Assembly (NCBI RefSeq): GCF_009914755.1
Contig: NC_060929.1
Length of the DNA stretch: 64,000 bases
Strand: one strand, 5' to 3'
DNA from: the human T2T-CHM13v2.0 reference genome, Homo sapiens
The position numbers were made by a program, and so were the translations under genes. This document shows, in pieces, positions 44,059 through 64,000 of this stretch (the stretch's first letter is position 1; the number at the start of each line of letters is the position of its first letter). The notes under the pieces are model-generated. The model made no database searches. It saw nothing but the letters and a program-made list of their open reading frames with translations, and was not told the origin of the DNA.

Positions 44059-45020
44059 ATCAAGTAGATTTCTAAGGTCTTTGACTTCAGTCTCTGGCTT
44101 CCAGACAAACTCTATGGACCAGTCCAGGGCCTAAGAACTCACCACCCTGAAGGAAAGGAAACAAACCTGGCTGGCTTCCCCACTTGCTGTACTATAAAAC
44201 CCTAGAGCCTTGAGTGAACATAGGCAGTAGTCAGGTAGTGGTTACAGCAAGCCTTGGGTTAGACCCAGTGCTGTGCTGGTTTCAGGTCTAACCCAGGGCA
44301 GTTTCAGTGGTAGTGGCCATAGGAGTGCTTGCATCACCTCACCTCCAGCTACAGGAGGCTCCGCACCGAGAGAGAGAGAGCCTCTGTTTGTTCAGAAGAA
44401 AGTAAGGGAAAAGAACAAGAGTCTATTTCTGGTAATTCAGAGAATTCTTCTGGATTTTATTCAAGACCACCTATGCACTATCTATATGAATCTGCAAGAA
44501 CCACAGCATTATTGGGCTTGAGGACTAATTCACTTTGAATAGCGGGAAAGCCTTCCTAAGAAACACAGGCACAAACAAGCTCAGACAATAAAGACTACAT
44601 TAAATACCCAATTCTTCAATGCCAAGAAACTGACAAACATCTACAAACATCAAGATTGTACAGAAAAATGTTACTTCACCAAACAAACAAGTTGGTCCAA
44701 AGGCACCATTGATCTAAAGGCACCAAGGATCAATCCTGGAGAAACAGAGATATGTGCTTTTTCAGACAGAATTCAAAGTAGTTGTTTTGAAGAAACTCAA
44801 AGAAATTCTAGATAACACAAAAAAGGAACTCAGAATTCTAGCAGATAAATTTGACAAAGAGATGGAAAAATTATGAAGCATCAAACAGAAATTGTAAAGT
44901 TGAAAAATGCAAGTGACATAGGGAAGAATACATCAGAGTCTCTTAATGGCAGAATTGATTGAGAAAATAAAGTAATGACTGGGCTAGAAAACAGCCTATT
45001 TAAAAATGGGTCAGAGAGGT

Positions 45021-46750
<1,730 letters not shown>

Positions 46751-47297
46751 ATGCAGTCAGAGAAGACAAAATAAAAAAGAACAAAAAGCAATGGAGCATG
46801 TTTACAAAATCTGTAAAATAGCGTAAACAGGGAAAATCTAAGAGTTATTGATCTAAAAGAAAAAGACATAGGGATAGAAAATTTATTCAAAAGGATAGTA
46901 TCAGAGAATTTCCACAAGTTAGACAAAGGTGTCAACATTCAAGAACAAGTTGGTTATAGAACACCAGCAGATTCAGAGAATTCTTCCAGATCTTATTCAG
47001 GACCGCCTATGCAGTACATCTGTGAATCTGCAAGAACCACAATGCCTTGATGTAGCCCACAGAAGACCACATCAAGACAGTCATTTCATAATAAAACCCC
47101 CAGAAGACAAGGAAAAACAAAGGATCCTAATGGCAGCAAGAGAAAAGAAACAAATACCATAGAATGGAGCTCCAATATGTCCGCTAGTAGACTTTTTAGT
47201 GGAACCCTTATAGACAAGAAGAGAGTGATGTGACATATTTTAAGTGCTAAAAGAAAAAAAAGTTTACCCTACAATAGTCTGTCTGGTAAAAAAAATC

Positions 47298-47590
<293 letters not shown>

Positions 47591-47710
47591 AAATATATTT
47601 TTTAAGGGTAAAGGAGAAATATAGACCTTCCCAGATAAACAAAATTTGAGGGATTTTATCAATACCTATCCTGTCTTACAAAAAAATGCTAAAGGGAATT
47701 CTTAAACATG

Positions 47711-47766
47711 AAAGAAAAAGAAGTTAATGAGCAAAAATAAAGAAAAAGAAATTAATGAGCAAAAAT
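47711..47766. repeat. 28-bp tandem duplication
   Basis: aaagaaaaagaa[g/a]ttaatgagcaaaaat twice. Confidence 0.9.
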
Positions 47767-47908
47767 AAATAATCTGAAGGTACAAAACTCACTGGTAATA
47801 AACAGTAATTACAGAAAAATGCAAACTCTTATAACACTGTAATTGTTGTGTGTAAACTACTCTTAAGTAGAAGGACTAAAAGATGAACCAATCAAAAATA
47901 ATAACTAT

Positions 47909-54011
<6,103 letters not shown>

Positions 54012-57000
54012 AATAATAACTATTATAATAACTACAACAACTTTTCAACATATAGACAGTACGGTAAGACATAAAGAGAAGCAACAAAATGTTAAAAAGT
54101 GGAGAGATAAAGTTACAGTATAGAGTTTGTATTAGTCTTTTTGCATGTTTGTTTGCATATGCAATAAGTATTAAGTTTTTATCAGCTTAAAATCATGGGT
54201 TATAAGATAATATTTGTGAGCTTCATGGTAACCTCAAATAAAAAAAGCATAAAATGAATACACAAAAATATAAAAAGTAAGAAATCAAATCATACCACCA
54301 AAGAAATCACCTTCACTAAAATGAAGACAAAAAGGAAGGAAAGAGGGACGAAGACACCAGAAAACAACAAAATGCTAGAAGTAAGTTCTTACTTATCAAT
54401 AATAACATTGAATGTAAATGGACTAAACTCTTCAATAAAAAGACATGGAGTAGATGAAGGGATAAAGATAAAAGAGTAATACTCAATGATGTTGCCTAAA
54501 AGAAACACACTTCATCTATAAACATACACATGGACTGAAAGAGAAAGAAAACAGATATTTCACGCCAATGGAAACCAAAAAAGTACAGTTGTAGCTATAC
54601 TTATATCAGACAAAATAGATTTCAAGACAACAACTGTAAGAAGAGGCAAAGAAGGTCACGAGATAATGATAAACGGATAATTTCAGCAAGAGGATACAAT
54701 TGTAAATATAATATGCATCAAACACTGCAGCATCCAGATATATAAAACACATATTATTAAAGCTACAGAGAGAGAGACAGACCCCAATACAATAATAGCT
54801 GGAGACTACAGCACCCAACTTGTAGCGTTTGATCGATTTTTCAGACATAAAATTACTAAAGAAATATCAGGCACAATCTACACCATAGAACAAATTGCCC
54901 CAACAGGTATTTACTGAACATTTCATCCAGTGGCTACAGAATACACATAATTCTTAGCACATGAATATTTCTTAAGGATAGAACATGTTGGGTCCCAAAA
55001 AATCTTAAAATTTCAAAAATTAAAATAATATCAAGCATCTTCTCTAATCATAATAGAATAAAACTAGAAATTAATAAGAAAATGAATTTTGATAACCATA
55101 CAAATACATGAAAATTAAACAATGTGCCTCTGAATGACCAGTGAGTCAATGAAGAAATTAAGGGGGAAATTGAAACATTTCTTGAGACAAAGGATAATGG
55201 AAACACAACATACCAAAACCTATGGGTTATAATGAAGGCAGAACTAAGGGAAAAATTTATAGCTAAAAATGCCTACATCAAAAAACAAGAAAATTGCCAA
55301 TAGCCTAATGATATATCTCAAAAAACTAGAAAAGCAAGACTAAACCAAAATCAAAATCAGTAGCAGAATATAAATAATAAAGATCAGAGCAGATATAAAT
55401 AAATTTGAAATGAAGAAATCAAAAGAAAAGATCAATTAAACTAAGTTTGTTTTTGAAAAGATAAATAAAATTGACAAACTGTAAGCTAAACTAAGTAGAA
55501 ACAGAAAGAATATCTAAGTAAATAAAATCACGGATGAAAGAAGAGACATTACAACTGGTACCACAGAAATTGAAAGGATCATTAGTGACTACTCTGGGCA
55601 ACTACATGCCAATAAATTGGAAAATATAGAGGAAGTGGACAAATTCCTAGACACATGCAGCTGACCAAGATTTATCCAAAACCTGAACAGGCCAATGACA
55701 AGTAATAAGACTACAGTCATAATAAAAAGACTTCCAGTAATGAAATACCAATACCCAATGGCTTCACTGCTGAATTCTATCAGAAATTTAAAGAACTGAT
55801 ACCAATCCTTCTCAAATTTTAAAAAAAATCAAGGAAGAGAGATTTCTTCCTTACTCATTCTATGAGACCTATATTACCCTGATATAAAAAACAAAGATAT
55901 ATCAAAAAAAAACTACAGACAAACATATTTGATGAATATTGATGCAAAAATTTTCAAAAACATAATAGGAAACTGAATTCAACAATTCATTCAGAAGATC
56001 ATTATGACCAAGTGGGATTTATCCCAGTGATGCAAGGATGATTCAACATTTGCAAACCAAAGTGATAGATTATATCAACAAAATGACATAATCAACAAAA
56101 TGACAAAATCTGTATGATCATTTCAAATGACGTTGAAAAAGCATTGATAAAATGCAATATCACTTCATAATAAAAAATCTCAAAACACTGGGGATAGAAG
56201 AAATATATGTTAACATAATAAAAGTCATATACAACAGATCCACAGATAGTATTGTACTGAATAGGGCAGAAACGGAAAGACTTTTCTCTTAGATCTGGAA
56301 CACGACAGGGATGCCTACTTTCACCACTGTTACTAAACATAGTACCAGGAGTCTGAACTAGAGCAATCAGGTAACAGAAATAAATAAAGGGCTTACAAAT
56401 TTGAAATAAAGAAGTTAAATTATTCTTGTTTGCAGATAATATGATCTTATATTTGGACAAACCTAAAGACTATTAGAAAACCATTAGAACTGATAAAAAA
56501 AAAACTCCAGTAAAGTTGTATGATACAAAATCAACATACAAAGGTCAGCAGCATTTCTACATGTCAAGAGTAAACAATCTGCAAAAGAACTAAAAAAGTA
56601 ATTCCATTTAAAATAGTCACAAATAAAATTAAATTTCTAGAAATTAACTTAAAAAAGTAAAAGATTTCTACAATGAAAACTATAAAACACTGATGGAAAG
56701 AAATTGAAGAGGACACACACACACACAAAGAATTTCATGTGTATGGGTTGGAAGAATCAGTATTGTTAAAATGCCCATATTACTTAAATCAATCCACAGA
56801 CTCAATCCAATCCCTATCAAAATACTAACGATATTTTGTCAAGATATTTAAAAAATACTAAAATTTCTGTGGAACCACAAAAGACCCAGACTAGCCAAAA
56901 CCATTCTGAGCAAAAAGAAAAAATATGAGAATTTACATGATCTGGCTTAAAATTATACTACAGAGCTATTATAACACAAACAGCATGATATTGGCATAAA

Positions 57001-57224
57001 AAAAAACCCATAGATCAATGGAACAAAATAGTAACAAATGAACAAAATTGTAACAAATAGAAACAAATCCATACACCTACAGTAAACTCATTTTTGACAA
57101 AGATGCCAAGAACATAAATTGGGGAAAAGACAGTATCTTCAATAAATGGTCTTGGGAAAACTGGATATACATATACAGAAGAATGACACTAGACCCTATC
57201 TCTCACCATATAGAAAATCAATTC

Positions 57225-57530
<306 letters not shown>

Positions 57531-58772
57531 TCTGTATGAACTGGATTAAAGACTTCAATCAAAGACCTCAAACTATGAAAGAATTCCGAGAAAAGATTGG
57601 GAAAATTCTCCAGACATTGGTCTCGGCAAAAATTTCTTTGGCAATACTCCACAAGCACAGGCAATCAAAGCAAAAGTGAACAAACAGAATCATACTGCAC
57701 AGCAAAGGAAATAATCAAGGAAATGAAGAGACAACTCACAGAATGGGAGAAAAAATTTGAAAACTACCTGATGAGGGATTAATTACCAGAATAGATAAGC
57801 ACCTCAAACAACTCTGCATGAAAAAAATCTAATAAACTGATGAAAAAATGACCAAAAGATCTGAATAGACATTTCTCAAAAGAAGACATGCAAATGTCAT
57901 ACAAGTATATGAAAAATTGATCAACATCATTTATCGTCAGAGAAATGCTAATCAAAACTACAATGTAATATCACCTCACCAGACAATAACATGCTGGTGA
58001 GGATGTAGAGAAAAGGGAACAATTTTACACTGTTGTTGGGAATGTAAAGTAGTACAACCACGGTGGAAAACAGTTTAGAGGTTACTCAAAAAAAAACCAA
58101 AAAATAGCTGCAATACAATCCAGCAAATCCACTGCTGGGTATATACCTAAAAGAAAGGAAATCAGTACATGGAGGAGACGTCTGTACTCTCATGCATGTC
58201 GCAGCACTGTCCACAATAGCCAAGGTTTGGAAGCAACCTAAGGGTCCATCAACAGATTAGTGGATAAAGAAAATGTGATACACATATACAATGGAGTATT
58301 ATTTAGCCATACAAAAGAATGACACTCTGTAGTTGGCAACAACAAGGATGGATCTGGGATCATTATGTTAAGTGAAATAAGCCAGGCACAGAAAGACAAA
58401 ATTTGCATATTCTCACATTTGTTTGTGCTAAAAATTAAAACAATTGAACTCATGGAGATAGAAAATGGAAGGATGGTAACTAGAGGCTGTGAAGGGTCAT
58501 ACAGGGGTTGAGGGGAAGTGAGGATGATTAATGGTTATAAAAAGTAGTTTAGAATGAGTAAAACCTAGTTTTTGATAGCACAGCAGGGTGACTATAGTCA
58601 GTAAAAATTTAATTGTACATCTTAAGATAACTAAATGAGTATAATTCAAATGTTTATAACACAAAGGATAAATGCGTGAGGAAATGGATACCCATTTACC
58701 ATGATGTAATTATTATGCATTGCATGGTTACAGCAAAGTATCTCATGTACCCCTTAAATATATACACCTACT

Positions 58773-59175
<403 letters not shown>

Positions 59176-59902
59176 TTATGCTCATCACAGTTATATTAAT
59201 AAAATGTAAATAATTTATAAAATGTAAGCAAATTAAATATGATTTAACTAAATTTTAAGTGTTTAAAATTCTAAAAGCATTCCCTTCAAAATATGAAGAA
59301 AAATTGGGCAAATAAATTAAATATATAAAGACCAGTAGCACTAAAGTTAATTTTTAAAATTTATATAAATGGAAAACAAATTTACATGGACATGAAAGAG
59401 TACAGAGACAATATTAAGAGTGCTTGTTTTTAGATAGATGCCATTATTTTTCCCTGCAATTTCAAAGTTTTGTATGAAGAGCAAAAGTTTCCATAAAAAA
59501 GAAAATAAAACATATTACACTAATATGTGTGTATGTGAAAAAATAAAATGCTCACCATTATTACTGTTTAGATCTTTCCTAAATAAATAACTTTTTAAAG
59601 CTAGAGAGAATTTACTGTATTAGCAACGTTTGTTTAGCCTTTCACAGACTTTTTTTTTCTAATAAGTACATTTTATGCATAGGCTAAAAATAGTACCAAA
59701 AATATTTTATTTGCTTAATTGTAATATTGAGCATGATAATTTTTATAGAAGGTTATTTTGTTAATTTTGTGTATTATCCTATATATGTTAACTATCGAAT
59801 TCATAGAATGATAAACTATTTTAGCTGATAAAATGAGATATTTCAAAATTAAAAAGCAGTAGGTACTCACTGAGCATTTGATACAATGTCACAGAGATCA
59901 CC

Positions 59903-60381
59903 TGTGGTAAACAAGATAGTACCCTCGTCTGAAGATGTTCACGTTATTGTCTCTAGAACTGGTTGACATGTTACCTTACAAAGCAAAAGGTACATTGCAG
60001 ATGTTATTTAATTAAAAAATCATTAAATTGTGGAGTTGGGGAGATTATTTTGGATGATTTAGGTAGTTAATCTAATTACAAGGATGTGTATAAGAGGAGG
60101 TAGGAGGATTTGAATTAGACTAGGGGATGTGAAGTGAAGACAGAAGCAGAGGTCAGATTGAGGGGGGATCACCAGCCAAAGAATGTGCTAGCCTCTGAAA
60201 AGGAAAAGAAACACATCCTCCCTTAGGGTCTCCAGAGGCAACACAGCCCTACTGACACCTTGATTTTAGCTTTGTAAGTTCCACTTCAGACTTCTGACTT
60301 ACAGAACTCAATGGAAATAAATGTGTGTTGTTTTAAGCCATTAAGTTTAAGGTGTTACAGCAGCAATGGGAAACTAATACA
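59903..60381 (+). mobile_element. MLT1C/D-like MaLR LTR
   Basis: tgtgg start; cagccctactgacaccttgattttag...aataaatgtgtgttgttttaagcca...aaactaataca end. Confidence 0.85.
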
Positions 60382-60419
60382 TCCATATTATATCTATATT
60401 AAAAATATTTTATTTTCAT

Positions 60420-60782
60420 TTTTAAGATTTCATCTTTTATTTTTGATTCAGGAGTTACATGTGCAGGTTTGTTAAGTGGATATATTTTAAAGTGCTGAGG
60501 TTTGGTGTACAATTGATCCTGTCACCCAAGTAGTGAGCATAGTACCCAGGACATTTTCAATCCTTCCCCCTGTCCCCCTATTAGTCCTCAGTGTCTATTG
60601 TTGCCATCTTTTATGTCTGTGAGAACCCATTGTTTAGCTTCTTATGTTCACTTATAAGCAAGAACCTGTAGTATATGGCTTTCTGTTCCTGCATTAATTC
60701 CCTTAAGATAATGGCTTACAGCTGCATCCATGTTACTACAAAGGAAATGATTTCATTTTTAGGGCTGTATAATATTCCATGA
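60420..60782 (-). mobile_element. Old L1PA (L1PA15/16-like) 3' fragment
   Basis: tacatgtgcaggtttgtta...tgatcctgtcacccaagtagtgagcatagtaccc...gctgcatccatgtt. Confidence 0.8.
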
Positions 60783-62682
60783 TACAGAGTTTTTAAAACA
60801 ACCTCTTTACTTAAAAAGCATTAAATGTCAGCAAAAGAACCTGAAATGTTTGTATATGTGATGTTTAATTTCTCCATTTCATGTTGTCTGTGTCTTTTGA
60901 ATACTGTAAGTTATCTTGCTTCATAAAATTTTTTAAAAGCCAACAATTAATTGATAGAATCCAAAAGGAAACACTCAAAAGCATTACCAGTAAAAGAAAA
61001 TAATTGAAAGTTTTTAACACATTTCATTTTATGATGAATTATAAATCTCACAACATATGGTAATTGGCTTGTCTTGGAATTATTTTTTAAAATATGCACT
61101 TTTCTAAAAAGTATAACTTCTTGAGCTGTCATTTTAAATAAATTCACACTTTTCAAGCCTATTTGTTTCTACCTACTGCATCTGATTATGGTGTCTTCCC
61201 CCCAGCTACATTTACACAGTCTGTGTGGGCTCATCCATAAACAAAAACAGGTGGCTTCAGTCGGTGATGGGACCAGTGAATGGTTGTTCATATATCCTTA
61301 TTTTCTGTGTCAAATTTGTGTAGTTCTCACCAGCAAGGCCCAGCTCCTATAGCAAAATAAACATTCATATGACCTTAACTGCAAATGACGTTGTCTATAT
61401 TTTCAACTTCCTCTGCATCAGCTCAAGTTTAGTTTCCTATATTCAAAAAATAACTTCCTGAAAGCTTTTCCATTTAATACAAAGAGAATGCAGAACAAAT
61501 AGAAACACAGAACTTCAAATGAAAATCCTTATTGAAGAAAGGTTAATTAAATGAATGCTAAATTTATATAAGCTTGTTAGGAATGGTATTTTGAAGGATA
61601 TTTTTAAAATTATAACTAAACAGAAGGCAACCAACGGAAAGATAAAATTGGGAAGAAAACTATTCCTTTTATGATAGCATTGGCAGCACCTATCACAAGC
61701 ATATTTTCATCTTTATTTTGGAAAATGTATTGTTTTTCAAAATGCCACTGAGAGTTGCTGAGATAATTTTGCTGAGTAAATATTTTTATTCTACAAGTGG
61801 TATTAAAAATAGAAATAATTATATGGCACCATAATACAAAGTTAGAAAAGGGAAGAAAAGTTTTACAGCAGTTTTTAAATTACAAGATAACACTAATCAA
61901 AGGTGATGATAAGATTGAGGTAAATTTGGTAATAAAAATATATGTGGAACATTGTAACACCAGTGAGTTGCTATCACAATTTACTGTATTTTCCATCATT
62001 AACTGTTAAAATGGTGTTCAATAAAGTTCCGTTGATGTTTATTTTAAAATTGCAAGATTTTTTAATCTCAAAAAATGCCATGTATTTATTTTACAAAATG
62101 CAAAAAAGGATTGTCAGAGAGAAATTTAAAATTTCCCAAATTTAGTCAACAGAAGATAATTATTGTTGTAATGAGCTGTTCATTATTCCAGATAATTTTT
62201 GTACATAGATTTTAGCTTCCCTTTCACATATGTTCCCACTGCCTCTTTTATTTTTATTTTTCTTGTTGAAGCAATTACTTTAGTAATCCTTGGCAGGTAT
62301 GATCTATGAGTACTTCAATTCTTACACCACTTTGGAATACTTAGGTTTCTTTAAGTAGCATACAATAGGAAAGTCAACTAAAGATGGCTTTAACAATTCC
62401 AACATTTATTTTCTCAAATTATAAGAAGCCCAAAGGCAAGTTATATTCAGGTTTGCTTAATTTAGTAAGTCAGTGCTGTTAATAAGGGCCCAGCATTTTT
62501 CCATCTTCTATGCCATCCACAGTGCCATGAAGCTGAGTTTAGTATTGTGCCTTCCTTTACCGCCAAGAAATAACTAGGAGCTTTAAGGTTCCTGTTCTCA
62601 CACATACCATCAAGAGTATGAAACAGGAATTGAGACTATCTTTTTAATTTTACTAGGACACCCGCAGAAGGCCTCCCTTTAG

Positions 62683-63010
<328 letters not shown>

Positions 63011-63699
63011 CATATGCTCATTCTTAATACAATCATTTGACAAAGGGAATGACTCTTATACAATTGCCTTAGGGTGTAGGATATCCATCGCTTGGAGTTG
63101 AGGGATTGCCTTCCCAACATCTCAGGAACGATAACACCATTCAAAGGATATTGTTATGTACTAAAAATAGGTAATGCTTTTGGTGAAGGCAACAGTTAGT
63201 ATACGCCAGATTCTCAAGTGATACTTTACCTGAATCTTTCAGCTGCTTTATTCCATTTTCTTCTGTTGTGTTTTGCTTCTTTTGACAATGTTGTTGATAT
63301 AATTGTCTCCTCACAAGTTATTTGCCTGTTCCCTGTTAGTTTTAGAAGATTTTTCTTTAGCTATGGTATTTTGCAGTCATGCTATATGTTTAGGTGTTAT
63401 TTTTTCTCCTGCTATGTGTTGCATAAGTGGCGTTTTCAATCTATAGACTCATTTCTTTCCTGTTTTGGATAATAAATGCAATTTTTTTCTCAGGAACATT
63501 TTTCCCTTCACACATTGCTATTCCACGTAGGTTGGCACTTTATGATTAATTGTTGATGTTTCTAAATTCTTCATATATTGCATCTCCTTATTAATCTCTA
63601 TTAATTCTGACATATTTCCTCAGAGCTTTCTTCTAATTCAAAATGTTTTCTCACTAATGACTGATCCATTCTTTTAACTGTCTGTGGGATGTTAGGTAT

Positions 63700-64000
63700 G
63701 TTTTTCTTTTCTTTTTTTTTTTTTATTATACTTTAAGTTTTAGGGTACATGTGCACAATGTGCAGGTTAGTTACATATGTATACATGTGCCATGCTGGTG
63801 CACTGCACCCACTAACTCGTCATCTAGCATTAGGTATATCTCCCAGTGCTATCCCTCCCCCCTCCCCCCACCCCACCACAGTCCCCAGAGTGTGATATTC
63901 CCCTTCCTGTGTCCATGTGATCTCATTGTTCAATTCCCACCTATGAGTGAGAATATGCGGTGTTTGGTTTTTTATTCTTGCGATAGTTTACTGAGAATGA
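63700..64000 (-). mobile_element. Young L1 (L1PA2-like) 3' end, continuing beyond the window
   Basis: T-rich tail then attatactttaagttttagggtacatg...; the reverse strand reads gatgacGAGttagtggg (non-Ta); C-tract at ~63853-63878. Confidence 0.92.

Overview
This is AT-rich primate genomic DNA, almost certainly human: it carries an AluYb8, a human-specific subfamily. It looks like a gene desert or a very large intron. I can support no protein-coding gene, RNA gene, CpG island or CRISPR array. Roughly half of the window is recognisable transposon remnant: about 16 Alus, many MaLR/ERV LTRs (MLT1, MLT2A, MST/THE1, MER52), L2/MIR relics and two MADE1 MITEs. A 16.5-kb nested L1 stack at 42.6-59.1 kb consists of an L1MA-type element containing an L1PA fragment, a near-full-length L1PB and four Alus. 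The ORF track is explained by L1 ORF1/ORF2 fragments, Alu read-through and GC-rich LTR shadow frames. I found no evidence of a new biological system. The best leads are structural or regulatory: a tail-to-tail AluY pair sharing non-consensus variants, two locally templated insertions inside L1s, a tailless Alu with a TSD, a triplicated RUNX-site unit and a motif-dense candidate enhancer near 9.6-9.8 kb. Subfamily names come from my recall of consensus sequences and need RepeatMasker/Dfam confirmation.
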